Shown: piece after piece, positions 7,688 to 16,607 of the stretch
Numbering within the stretch: position 1 is the first letter of the stretch
How the letters are laid out: every line of letters begins with the position of its first letter
From: Solirubrobacterales bacterium
Lineage (GTDB): Bacteria; Actinomycetota; Thermoleophilia; Solirubrobacterales; 70-9
Direction: 5' to 3'
Length of the DNA stretch: 55,109 bases
Assembly (NCBI GenBank): GCA_049684635.1
Contig: JBAVGD010000002.1
Location: 1-55,109 of the forward strand
Notes under the pieces: generated by a model
The model's database searches: none
What the model saw: only the letters and a program-made list of their open reading frames with translations
Told to the model about the DNA's origin: nothing
Program-made: the position numbers and the translations under genes

Positions 7688-8929
7688 GTGAGTGGCAGCG
7701 GTCGAATGGCGCCAATCGTTCTCCCTATACTTCGCCGGGCCGGAGCGTTGGGGCCGGCCCTCGGGAGGGGAACAGGGTTGCACGGAGGTAATGAGATCGA
7801 GCCGTTGGAAGCAGTCCCACGCGGACTGGGCCAGGATTCGAATGCTCAGCCAGTCGGGGAGCCGGAGGAGCTCCAGCGGCTGCTCACGGATGGGCGCGAA
7901 CGCGGCTACCTAACCTTCGAGCAGATTGCCGCCACGCTCGAGGAGGTTGAGGTGACCAAGGAGCAGGTCACCGGACTTCATACCAGGCTGCTCGAGCACG
8001 GCATCGAAGTCATCGCCGAGGAGGGGGTGAGCGCCCACAAAGCGCACCAGGGCGAGGCAGCCAATGGCCAGCCGAAGGGACTGGAGCTCGACCTCACGGT
8101 CGAACCCAATCTCGACTCGCTACGGCTCTACCTGCGCTCGATCGGCACGGTCGACCTGTTGACCGCCCACCAGGAGGTTGAACTGGCGAAGCGCATCGAG
8201 CGCGGGGACATGCAGGCCAAGCGCCAGATGGTCGAGGCCAATCTGCGCCTGGTCGTCTCGATCGCCAAGGGTTACCTGGGCCGTGGCCTGAGCTTCCTCG
8301 ACCTGATCCAGGAGGGTTCGCTGGGGCTGATCCGGGCCGGGGAGAAGTTCGATTACCGCCGCGGATACAAGTTCTCCACCTACGCGACGTGGTGGATTCG
8401 GCAGGCGGTGACAAGGGCGATCGCCGACAAGGCGCGAACGATTCGCATTCCCGTTCACATGGTCGAGAAGATGAACAGAGTTGCCTATGTCGAGCGCCAG
8501 CTCGTCCAGCGACTGGGCCGCGAGCCGGAGCCGCTGGAGATTGCCGCGGAGCTGCGCTGGTCGATCGGTGACGTGCGGGAGATCCTTCGGGTCGCGCAGC
8601 AACCGGTCTCACTCGAGAAGCCGGTGGGGGACGAGGACGAATCGGAGCTTGGCGATTTCGTTCAGGACGAGGCTGTTGTGGAGCCCTTCGAGGAGGCAAG
8701 CGAACACCTGCAGAAGGAGGGCGTGCGGAAGGCGCTGCACGCTCTTCCGGAGCGCGAGCGGCAGGTGATCGAGCTGCGCTATGGACTGTCCGGCCTCGAG
8801 CCGCTGACGCTGGAGGAGGTGGGGCGTGCGTTCGGCGTCACCCGCGAGCGCATTCGCCAGATCGAGAACAACACGCTGAAAAAGCTCCAGCACCTGCCCG
8901 AGGCGCAGATGCTGCGCGACGCCGGCTAG
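7688..8929 (+). CDS. sigA: principal-type (group 1/2) sigma-70 factor
   Basis: Region 1.2 LRLYLRSIG, region 2 [43 protein letters not shown], region 4.2 [21 protein letters not shown]. The start is uncertain (GTG 7688, ATG 7706 or TTG 7778 behind GGGAGG). Confidence 0.9.
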   Translation: MSGSGRMAPIVLPILRRAGALGPALGRGTGLHGGNEIEPLEAVPRGLGQDSNAQPVGEPEELQRLLTDGRERGYLTFEQIAATLEEVEVTKEQVTGLHTRLLEHGIEVIAEEGVSAHKAHQGEAANGQPKGLELDLTVEPNLDSLRLYLRSIGTVDLLTAHQEVELAKRIERGDMQAKRQMVEANLRLVVSIAKGYLGRGLSFLDLIQEGSLGLIRAGEKFDYRRGYKFSTYATWWIRQAVTRAIADKARTIRIPVHMVEKMNRVAYVERQLVQRLGREPEPLEIAAELRWSIGDVREILRVAQQPVSLEKPVGDEDESELGDFVQDEAVVEPFEEASEHLQKEGVRKALHALPERERQVIELRYGLSGLEPLTLEEVGRAFGVTRERIRQIENNTLKKLQHLPEAQMLRDAG

Positions 8930-9004
8930 TGGTCACACCACTGGTGACCTGAGTCCGAATTCGCGCCACGTCGGGGTGGGGATCGATGGTCGTCAGATCG
9001 CTCC

Positions 9005-9043
9005 GGGGCGCATTTGTCGGGCTATACCCGACAAACGCGCCCC
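9005..9043. terminator. 17-bp-stem hairpin (1 mismatch) between convergent sigA and the Ddn-like gene; candidate bidirectional terminator without a U-tract
   Basis: ggggcgcatttgtcggg-ctata-cccgacaaacgcgcccc. Confidence 0.5.
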
Positions 9044-9096
9044 AGACAGGAAGAAACAGGAGGAAGAGGCTCTCCGCGGTGGCCGCATCCGCGGGG

Positions 9097-9558
9097 TTAT
9101 GAGACAGGCTCGAGAACGAAGACCGCGATGTCGCGGCCGGTTCGCTGCTCGTATTCGTCGAAGCCTGAGTACTGCTCGTTGTGCTTGCGCCAGAGGGTTT
9201 CGCGCTCCTCGCCCTCCGCCACGCGCGCCCGAACCCGCCGGCGCTCCCGGCCGATCTCGATCTCGGAATCCGGATTTGCCTTCAGGTTGAGCGACCACGC
9301 CGGCTCATGTGTGTGTCCGGCGTTCGATCCGATCACGACCACGCGGTCATCGTCGGCCAGGTAGACCACGGGAACGGTTCGCGGCAGCCCTGATTTGCGC
9401 CCGGTCGTCGTCAGCAGCAGCACCGGTGCATGGCTGATCCGCCCGCCGATCCTTCCGCGGCTGAGCCGGTACAGCGGCACGTTCAGCTTGCCCGTCCAGC
9501 GCAACCCTGTCGCGCCCATGGCCATCGACATGCGCGAGTAGAACCTGTCGCCCAGCAC
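9097..9558 (-). CDS. deazaflavin (F420H2)-dependent nitroreductase/quinone reductase family (Ddn-like)
   Basis: LLLTTTGRKSGLPRTVPVVYLADDDRVVVIGSNAGHTHEPAWSLNLKANP...ERETLW is the typical Ddn-family core. Confidence 0.8.
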   Translation of the reverse strand: MLGDRFYSRMSMAMGATGLRWTGKLNVPLYRLSRGRIGGRISHAPVLLLTTTGRKSGLPRTVPVVYLADDDRVVVIGSNAGHTHEPAWSLNLKANPDSEIEIGRERRRVRARVAEGEERETLWRKHNEQYSGFDEYEQRTGRDIAVFVLEPVS

Positions 9559-9589
9559 GGCGCGAGTATCCCATGGTTAGAGTGGGTCG

Positions 9590-9955
9590 ATGACCCACCC
9601 GTTCCGCCAAGCCGCCGAGGCGAAGGACCTGGAGCTGATGACCGAGACGCTGCGCGAGGACGTCGTCCTGCACAGCCCGGTCCTCTTCCGTGGCTTCGAG
9701 GGCCGCGACACGGTGATCGCCGTCCTCTCCCATGTCGCCGAGACGCTCGAGGACCTCACCTATGTCGACGAGGCGGTCGGCGAGCGCACCGTTGTCCTGC
9801 GCTTCAAGGCGCGGGTCGGGGATCGCGAGCTCGAGGGGGTCGACTACCTCAAGCTCGACGAGGATGGCCGGGTCGCCGATCTGACCGTCTTCATGCGCCC
9901 GATGTCCGCCCTCAACGCATTCAACGAGCAGATGGCGAAGCGGCTCGGCGTCTAG
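9590..9955 (+). CDS. SnoaL-like / NTF2-fold small protein
   Basis: 121 aa with a pattern typical of NTF2-like proteins: L..LL.EDVVLHSPV...GRD.V..VL... Confidence 0.6.
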   Translation: MTHPFRQAAEAKDLELMTETLREDVVLHSPVLFRGFEGRDTVIAVLSHVAETLEDLTYVDEAVGERTVVLRFKARVGDRELEGVDYLKLDEDGRVADLTVFMRPMSALNAFNEQMAKRLGV

Positions 9956-9971
9956 AATCGCCTCCGTCTCC

Positions 9972-10052
9972 GGGGGAGTGCCCGAGTGGTTAAAGGGGAC
10001 TGGCTGTAAACCAGTTGGCTCTGCCTACGCAGGTTCGAATCCTGCCTCCCCC
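9972..10052 (+). tRNA. tRNA-Tyr (anticodon GTA), type II with long variable arm; CCA not encoded
   Basis: Acceptor stem GGGGGAG/CTCCCCC, anticodon stem ACTGG/CCAGT with loop CTGTAAA, T-arm GCAGG-TTCGAAT-CCTGC, discriminator A. Confidence 0.9.
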
Positions 10053-10054
10053 AT

Positions 10055-10768
10055 ATGGGTGACCTCGACGGCCGTGTAATTGCCATTGCCGGCGTCGCCG
10101 GAGGGTTGGGACCGGTCGTTGCGGAGCGGTTGGCGCGAGCCGGAGCGACGCTTGCCGGCGCGGACCGCGAACCGGCACGGATCGAGGAAGTGGGGGCGGA
10201 GCTGGCGCTGCCCGAGGAGCGCTGGGATGGCCGCGCCGTTGACATGCTTGACGAGACCGCAACCCGGCAATGGTGCGCGTCGCTGATCGACCGCTTCGGC
10301 CGCGTCGATGGCCTTCTCCACCTGGTTGGCGGTTGGCGCGGCGGGCAGCCGCTGCACGAGGCACCCCTCTCGGATTGGGAGCTGCTGCATGATCTGCTGG
10401 TTCGCACCGTGCAGCACACATCGCGGGCGTTCCATGATGCGCTTCTGGCCTCCGGTCGCGGGCGATTTGCCCTGATCTCCGCCAAGCAAGCGCAGGAACC
10501 ATCCAACGCCAACGCCGCCTATGCCGCCGCGAAGGCGGCCGCCGAGGCCTGGACGCTGGCTCTGGCGGATGGGTTCAGGGAAAAGGGCGCAACCGCCAAC
10601 ATCATCGTCGTCGAGGCGATCCTGACGCCGAGAATGCGGGAGGAAAGTCCAGGTCAGGAGTTCCCGACGTTCACGCCAGCAGAGCACATTGCGGAGGCGC
10701 TTGTATTTCTCTGCTCCGATGCCGCCGCCGAGATGAATGGCCAGCGCCTCCGGCTTACGATGCGGTGA
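10055..10768 (+). CDS. short-chain dehydrogenase/reductase (SDR)
   Basis: Gly-rich IAGVAGGLGPVVAERLARAG and catalytic YAAAKAA. The ATG lies 3 nt after the tRNA-Tyr 3' end. Confidence 0.8.
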   Translation: MGDLDGRVIAIAGVAGGLGPVVAERLARAGATLAGADREPARIEEVGAELALPEERWDGRAVDMLDETATRQWCASLIDRFGRVDGLLHLVGGWRGGQPLHEAPLSDWELLHDLLVRTVQHTSRAFHDALLASGRGRFALISAKQAQEPSNANAAYAAAKAAAEAWTLALADGFREKGATANIIVVEAILTPRMREESPGQEFPTFTPAEHIAEALVFLCSDAAAEMNGQRLRLTMR

Positions 10769-10771
10769 CCT

Positions 10772-11542
10772 GTGAACGAGCAGCCGGAGAACGGGATGAC
10801 GATCAGGCAGTTGGCGGAGCGGACCGGAATGACGGTGCGCAATATTCGCGCGCACCAGACGCGCGGGCTGCTTCCCCCGCCGGTCGTTCGGGGTCGCACC
10901 GCCTACTACAGCGAGGAGCACGTCGCGCGGATCGAGCTGACCCGTGAGATGCAGGCGGATGGTCTCAATCTCGAGGCGATCCGAAGGGTGCTGGACAGCG
11001 CCGACGGGTCGGCGTCGGCGATCTTCGACTTCACCCGGGCCCTGCGCGTTCCGTTTGAAGACGAGGCGCCTGAGATCTTCGAGTTGGACGAGCTGTCACG
11101 TATCTGGGGCGAGGAAGCAAGCCCCAAGCTGCTGCGCCGGGCCGAAAAGATCGGCGTCTTCCGCACCCTTTCGGACGGCAGGATCGAGGTGATCAGTCCC
11201 CGCCTGCTGCAGGCCGCTGCGCAGCTGGCCGAGCTGGGGATCGGGGCGGAAGGCGCGATGGCAACGGCGGAGAAGCTGCGACGTCATGCCGACGGTGCGG
11301 CCCACGCCTTCGTCAGCCTCTTCGTTAGAGAGGTCTGGCGTCCCTTTGACGAGGCCGGTCGCCCTGACCGTGACTGGCCCCGGATGAGCGAGGCGCTCGA
11401 ACGTATGCGGCCCCTTGCCGCGGGCGCGGTGCTGGCGATGTTCCAGATTGCGATGAGCGAGGCGATCGAGAAGGAGAGCGAGCGCACGCTGAGGATGGCG
11501 GCACGCGAGCCGCGGCAGAAAGGCAAGCGCCGCAAGCGGTAG
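10772..11542 (+). CDS. MerR-family transcriptional regulator
   Basis: MTIRQLAERTGMTVRNIRAHQTRGLLPPP is a MerR HTH. The start is GTG 10772 or, more likely, ATG 10796. Confidence 0.85.
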   Translation: MNEQPENGMTIRQLAERTGMTVRNIRAHQTRGLLPPPVVRGRTAYYSEEHVARIELTREMQADGLNLEAIRRVLDSADGSASAIFDFTRALRVPFEDEAPEIFELDELSRIWGEEASPKLLRRAEKIGVFRTLSDGRIEVISPRLLQAAAQLAELGIGAEGAMATAEKLRRHADGAAHAFVSLFVREVWRPFDEAGRPDRDWPRMSEALERMRPLAAGAVLAMFQIAMSEAIEKESERTLRMAAREPRQKGKRRKR

Positions 11543-11546
11543 TCGC

Positions 11547-12299
11547 TCAGCTGCGCGCGATGCCGCTCAGCTCTTCGGCGGCCGCGGCGTGGCCGCCGTA
11601 GGGCAGGACCGCGAAGTACATGAGCGAGGGGAGCAGCGGCAGAAGATCGGTTTCGCCTTTGCTGATGCGCGCATAGAGCACCGCCTCTATTCCACCGACG
11701 ATGCCGGCTGCCGCGATCGCCGAAGGTGATTCCGGTAAGTCATCGCGAACCTCCGTGTCGATCCAATTGGCGAAGGCGTCGAGCAGCGCGTCGCGCCGCA
11801 GCAATGCCGGTCGCCCCGCGGCACGTGCCTCGACGATCAGCACGCGAGCGATATCCGGCTCCGTCGCCACGAACCGCAACAGCTCCTCCAAGCCCATTCG
11901 CAGCCGATCGCGCCACTGATCTCCCCCTTCGGCGGCCGCGGTTTCGACGCGCTCGCCAAGCCGTCTAGCGCCGGAGTCGAGGGCGGCGAGGAAGCAATCC
12001 TCCTTGTTGCCGAACTGCTCGTAGAAGGTTGGTCGCGAGATGCCGGCGCGGTTCAAGATCTCCTGGACGGTGGTGTCGCGGTAGCCGAGCTCGGCGACCG
12101 CATTCCATGTGGCGACCAGGATGCGCTCGCGTTGTACGTCTTTGACCAGCTCTCCCGGGAGGGTTCTGACACCGGCTGGGAATTTGCCTTCTCCGGAGGC
12201 AAGCAGTTTGACGGCCGCGTCGACGTCAGCGCGGTTCCATCTGCTGCCGAGCGCGGTGCTCAGCATCTCCGAAGTCAGCTCAATGCGATCCGATGTCAT
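11547..12299 (-). CDS. TetR/AcrR-family regulator
   Basis: RERILVATWNAVAELGYRDTTVQEILNRAGISRPTFYEQFGNKEDCF. ATG 12299 is preferred over the longer ORF start 12392. Confidence 0.85.
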   Translation of the reverse strand: MTSDRIELTSEMLSTALGSRWNRADVDAAVKLLASGEGKFPAGVRTLPGELVKDVQRERILVATWNAVAELGYRDTTVQEILNRAGISRPTFYEQFGNKEDCFLAALDSGARRLGERVETAAAEGGDQWRDRLRMGLEELLRFVATEPDIARVLIVEARAAGRPALLRRDALLDAFANWIDTEVRDDLPESPSAIAAAGIVGGIEAVLYARISKGETDLLPLLPSLMYFAVLPYGGHAAAAEELSGIARS

Positions 12300-12486
12300 G
12301 TCAACTTCCCGCGGTCGACAGAAACACAAATGTTTTTCTACCGTACCACAGATCGCCGCGGGTGCGGCAGACATTTCCAAAACCGATTCCATCCATGGCT
12401 ATCCTTAATGAATGTCACGCGCAAGGTGCGTGACTGGAGTTGAGCTTGCTTCCGAGCTCCCTTCGCATCCCGCCCCGCCCAAGATC

Positions 12487-13044
12487 ATGGATCTGCAAGA
12501 GCGAAGCCGAATTCTGGGTGCGGCGGTAGAGCTCATATCCGACCAGAGCTACGAAGCGACAACCGTTTCCGAAATCGCCCGCCGCGCCGGTCTGGCCCGC
12601 CAGACCGTGCACGAGCATCTCGGCGGCGAGGAGGAGATCTTTCTCGCGGCCTTCGATGCCGCCGTGGACGAGTTGAAGGCGCGGATTGAGGCCGCGTGCG
12701 CGAAGCGTCAAGGGGGCACCAGGGAAAGGATTGAGGCTGGGCTTGCCGCCTTCCTTGGGTACGTAGCAGAGGAGCCGTCGGTGGCGAGAATGTGCCTGGT
12801 GGAGGCCAGGTCGGCGACGCCGGCGATCAGCAGCCGCTACGAGGATGCCGTCCGCGGATTCGTCGAACTCACCCAGCAGGCGGTTCGTCACGACCAGAGG
12901 CCGCCGAAGACACTCGAGGAGAGCCTCGTGGGCGGCGTCCTCGGGATCGTCTACCGGCGGGTCTGCCGCGGCGAAGCGGACCTGGTCGAGGAGCTGCTGC
13001 CGGAACTTTCGGAGTTCATGCTCGCTCCCTTCGTCAGGCCGTGA
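12487..13044 (+). CDS. TetR/AcrR-family regulator
   Basis: RILGAAVELISDQSYEATTVSEIARRAGLARQTVHEHLGGEEEIF; ATG 12487. Confidence 0.8.
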   Translation: MDLQERSRILGAAVELISDQSYEATTVSEIARRAGLARQTVHEHLGGEEEIFLAAFDAAVDELKARIEAACAKRQGGTRERIEAGLAAFLGYVAEEPSVARMCLVEARSATPAISSRYEDAVRGFVELTQQAVRHDQRPPKTLEESLVGGVLGIVYRRVCRGEADLVEELLPELSEFMLAPFVRP

Positions 13045-13102
13045 AACCGGGTTTGCCGGGGAAGGCAGCTTTGGCGCGACGCTGCCACACTCCGGTGTTG
13101 GC

Positions 13103-13747
13103 ATGGAACTCGAACGACTGCCCAGCGGGCGCCATCGCCTTCCACGAGAGTTCATCGCGCGTCACCAGCGTGAGCGCATGATGTCGGCTCTCGTCGAGTC
13201 CATGTATGAGGACGGCTACGAGAAGACCACGGTCGCCGCGATCGCCAACCGCGCCAGCGTCTCCAAGACCGACTTCTACAAGCAGTTTGAGAGCAAAGAC
13301 GACTGTTTCGTCGCTGTCTACGATGAGGCGGTCGCGCGGCTCCGCGAGCATGTCTTCGCTGCGGGAAACGATTACCGCGACTGGACGGAGAGGATTTGTG
13401 CCGCGATCCGTGGCTTGCTCGAATTCCTCTCTGACAACCCGCCATTGGCCACCCTTCTCTTGGTCGAAGGCTTTCGCAGCACGCCGGACGTTCACCACCA
13501 CTTTCAGGCGGCATTGGGCGGCCTCACCACCTATCTCCGCGATGGAGCACCGCTGGTGGCAAACGACAGCCGACCGCCGGAGGCGATTCACGAGGCGACC
13601 GTCGGCGGCATTGCCTCACTGCTCACCCGGCATATCAAGGCAGGGGAGACGGAGCGGCTGACCGAGTTCTTCCCCGAGATTGCGGAGTTTGCGCTCACGC
13701 CCTACGTCGGGCCGCTCGAGGCGCGGCGCATAATCTCAGCCCAATGA
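13103..13747 (+). CDS. TetR/AcrR-family regulator
   Basis: RERMMSALVESMYEDGYEKTTVAAIANRASVSKTDFYKQFESKDDCF; ATG 13103. The upstream part of ORF 12845.. overlaps the preceding gene out of frame. Confidence 0.8.
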   Translation: MELERLPSGRHRLPREFIARHQRERMMSALVESMYEDGYEKTTVAAIANRASVSKTDFYKQFESKDDCFVAVYDEAVARLREHVFAAGNDYRDWTERICAAIRGLLEFLSDNPPLATLLLVEGFRSTPDVHHHFQAALGGLTTYLRDGAPLVANDSRPPEAIHEATVGGIASLLTRHIKAGETERLTEFFPEIAEFALTPYVGPLEARRIISAQ

Positions 13748-13811
13748 GCGTGCGGCGGGGTAGGTCAGTGGATTGGCGACTTGCGCTGCGCGCAGAGCGC
13801 GAAGCTGCACG

Positions 13812-14981
13812 ATGAGTGACGCAGCGACCGCGGGCCGCACGAGGGTGCAGGGCGATCTCGGGGAGCCGGTGGCCGGGGTTCTGCCATCGCAGGAGCTGAG
13901 CCGGGCGATCGAGGCTGAATGGGTCAGCTCCGGTGAGTACCGGATCCGACCGGAGGCGATCCAGCCGGCAAGCATCGATCTGCGTCTCGGCGATTTCGCC
14001 TGGGCGCTGCGCTGCAGCTTCCTGCCCGACACCGATTCCAGCGTCGAGGAGAAGGTCGATGGACTTGCCTTCCAGAAGATCGACCTGCGGGATGGGGCGG
14101 TGCTCGAGCGCGACCGGCCTTACCTGGTGCCGCTGATCGAGGAGCTCGCGCTCCCGGACGACGTGCGAGCCAAGGCCAACCCAAAGAGTTCGACCGGCCG
14201 GCTCGACGTCTTCACCCGGGTGCTGACCGACCGCCACCACCGTTTCGACGAGATCCGCGCGGGCTACCGGGGGAACCTCTACCTCGAGATCGTGCCGCGC
14301 TCCTTTGCGATCCAGGTGAAGACGGGTCTGTCGCTCAACCAGCTTCGGCTTGCCCGCGGGGATGTGCGGCTGAACGACGAGGAGATTCGCAGCCTGCAGG
14401 CCGAGTCTCCACTCCTCTACCTCGACTCCCGGCCGTTGCGCGAGTCGGAGCTGGCACTTGCGGAGGGACTCTTCCTCAGTGTCGATCTCTCCGGCCCGGA
14501 TGACCGCATAGTCGGTTATCGCGCGAAGAAGAACAGCCTGCCGATCGATCTCTCGCGGATCCGCGCCTACCGGTGTAGTGACTACTGGGACCCCGTCTAT
14601 CCGGAGAGTGGCAGCCGGATCGTGCTCGAGCCGGAGATCTTCTACCTGCTCCTATCCGCGGAGGGAGTTTGCATTCCGCCCCAGATTGCGGCTGAGATGA
14701 TGGCCTACGACCCGACGGCCGGCGAGTTGCGCACCCACTACGCGGGATTCTTCGATCCCGGCTTCGGCTATGACCGTAGCGGTGAACGGCCAGGCAGCCG
14801 GGCGGCGCTGGAGGTCCGGGCGCGCGATGTCTCCTTCATGGTTGAGCACCGACAGCCGGTCTGCAAGCTTGCGCTGGAATGGACGAGCGCCCCCGCGGAG
14901 CGCCTGTACGGGGAGGAGCTGGGCTCGAACTATCAGGGGCAGGTGACGATGTTGAGCAAGCATTTCGAAGAGACAGGCTGA
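13812..14981 (+). CDS. 2'-deoxycytidine 5'-triphosphate deaminase (DCD) family protein, two-lobed ~390-aa type
   Basis: PASIDLRLG...ANPKSSTGRLDVFTRVLTD...GYRGNLYLEIVPRSFAIQVKTGLSLNQLRL matches my recollection of the long DCD family of the dCTP deaminase/dUTPase superfamily. ATG 13812. Confidence 0.75.
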   Translation: MSDAATAGRTRVQGDLGEPVAGVLPSQELSRAIEAEWVSSGEYRIRPEAIQPASIDLRLGDFAWALRCSFLPDTDSSVEEKVDGLAFQKIDLRDGAVLERDRPYLVPLIEELALPDDVRAKANPKSSTGRLDVFTRVLTDRHHRFDEIRAGYRGNLYLEIVPRSFAIQVKTGLSLNQLRLARGDVRLNDEEIRSLQAESPLLYLDSRPLRESELALAEGLFLSVDLSGPDDRIVGYRAKKNSLPIDLSRIRAYRCSDYWDPVYPESGSRIVLEPEIFYLLLSAEGVCIPPQIAAEMMAYDPTAGELRTHYAGFFDPGFGYDRSGERPGSRAALEVRARDVSFMVEHRQPVCKLALEWTSAPAERLYGEELGSNYQGQVTMLSKHFEETG

Positions 14982-15442
14982 TGAGCGAGCGGACCTGGGG
15001 CGTCTACCTCTCGGGCGAGATCCACTCCGACTGGCGCGAGCGGATCGAAGCGGGCGCACGCGGAGCGCTGCTGCCCGTCTCCTTCTCGGCGCCGGTCACC
15101 GATCACGCGGCTTCCGACGCCGCGGGAACCGCAACATTGGGAGAGGAGAGCGAGGCTTTCTGGCGTGACCGCAAGGGCGCCGGCGTCAACGCGATCCGGA
15201 CCCGGACGCTGATTCAAGCGGCCGACATAGTCATCGTTCGGTTCGGTGACAAATACCGTCAGTGGAACGCCGCATTCGACGCCGGCTACGCGGCGGCACT
15301 CGGCAAGCCGCTCATCACGCTGCACGACCCAGAGCTGGACCATGCGCTGAAGGAGGTCGACCTGGCCGCGCAGGCCACCGCTCGCACCGCCGAGCAGGTC
15401 GTCGACGTCCTTCGCTACGTCATCACCGGCAAGCTGTCGTAG
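14981..15442 (+). CDS. ytoQ: YtoQ-family protein (nucleoside 2-deoxyribosyltransferase-like fold)
   Basis: VYLSGEIHSDWRERI...ADIVIVRFGDKYRQWNAAFDAGYAAALGKPLITLH...LKEV is the YtoQ signature as I recall it. The ATG overlaps the DCD stop (ATGA at 14979-14983). Confidence 0.7.
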   Translation: MSERTWGVYLSGEIHSDWRERIEAGARGALLPVSFSAPVTDHAASDAAGTATLGEESEAFWRDRKGAGVNAIRTRTLIQAADIVIVRFGDKYRQWNAAFDAGYAAALGKPLITLHDPELDHALKEVDLAAQATARTAEQVVDVLRYVITGKLS

Positions 15443-15483
15443 AGCCAACCCCCGCCGTGGCGCTCTTCCCGTCCGGTGGGTTT

Positions 15484-15499
15484 GCGAACGTGTGTTCGC
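15484..15499. promoter_or_regulatory. LexA (SOS) box of the Gram-positive/actinobacterial type
   Basis: GCGAAC-GTGT-GTTCGC is a perfect palindrome with the CGAAC-N4-GTTCG core. It ends 1 nt before the ATG (15500) of the SplB-like radical SAM gene. Confidence 0.7.
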
Positions 15500-16567
15500 A
15501 TGAGATGGGATGAGCAACGAGTCGACAAGGCAGATGGCGATCTCAGGTTGCCGGGGATCGAAGACTCGACGGTCGTGCGCACCTTCGACGCGCCTGAGGC
15601 GATGGGGATCAGATTCCACGAGGTCAGTGCTCGTTCGGCCCTGAATCACGTGCCGGGTGGCCGCTATGGCTTCAACTGGACAATCAATCCCTTCCGAGGG
15701 TGCACGCATGCCTGTGTCTTCTGCTTCGCCAGAAAGAGCCACACCTTTCTCGGCTTCGATGCCGGGCGTGACTTCGAGCGGGAGATCGTGGTCAAGGTCA
15801 ACGTTCCGGAGCTCTTGCGCGTGGAGCTCCGACGCCCAAGCTGGGGGCGCGAGCTGGTGGCGCTGGGGACGAACACAGATCCCTACCAGTGGGCGGAGAG
15901 CCGCTACCGCCTGATGCCGGAGATCCTGGCGGCGCTGGAGGAGGCCGATACACCGGTGTCGGTGCTGACCAAGTCGCCTTTGGTCCTGCGCGACATCGAC
16001 CTATACGAGCGAATGGCGAAGCGCTTGCCGGTCTCGGTGAACCTTTCAGTTCCCACTCTCGACGAGAGCGCGTGGCGCGCGACCGAGCCCCACACCCCCA
16101 GTCCCAGAGCGCGCCTGGAGGCAGTTGCCGAGCTGCGGCGACGCGGCATCGAGTCCGGCGTCCTGATTGCGCCTCTGATGCCCGGCATCAATGACAGCCC
16201 GGAGCAGGTGCAGCCGATCGTCGATCTCGCCCGCGAGGCAGGTGCGAGCTTTCTTGGCGGCGTTGCCCTCCATCTCCGCGATGAGGTTCGCGACGTCTTC
16301 TTCGGCTGGCTCGAAGCAAAGCGCCCCGACCTGCTCCCACGCTACGAACAGCTCTATTCGGGGGACCGGGCGTATCTGCACCCAGCCCAGCGCAAACGCA
16401 TCACCACCACCGTGCGAGGCTGGGGCAGGACTCGCACCGCCAGGAGAGGAAGGCAGTCCCTTCCGCCGCCCCGCGCCCGTTCGACCCGGTCCAAGGATCC
16501 GTCGGCTGATGAGACAGTCGTTCCCGGCCGGACCGGCTCTCCGCGCGGCCAGGAGGCGCTGTTCTGA
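15500..16567 (+). CDS. radical SAM protein, SplB-like 'DNA repair photolyase' group (Rv2578c-like)
   Basis: CTHACVFCF matches CxxxCxxC. NPFRGC, TNTDPYQ and VLTKSPLVLRD are typical of this group. The Arg-rich C-terminal tail is low complexity. Confidence 0.85.
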   Translation: MRWDEQRVDKADGDLRLPGIEDSTVVRTFDAPEAMGIRFHEVSARSALNHVPGGRYGFNWTINPFRGCTHACVFCFARKSHTFLGFDAGRDFEREIVVKVNVPELLRVELRRPSWGRELVALGTNTDPYQWAESRYRLMPEILAALEEADTPVSVLTKSPLVLRDIDLYERMAKRLPVSVNLSVPTLDESAWRATEPHTPSPRARLEAVAELRRRGIESGVLIAPLMPGINDSPEQVQPIVDLAREAGASFLGGVALHLRDEVRDVFFGWLEAKRPDLLPRYEQLYSGDRAYLHPAQRKRITTTVRGWGRTRTARRGRQSLPPPRARSTRSKDPSADETVVPGRTGSPRGQEALF

Positions 16568-16607
16568 GCACCCGTGGCGCACAGTGGAACGGTCACCGGC
16601 TCCCCGT

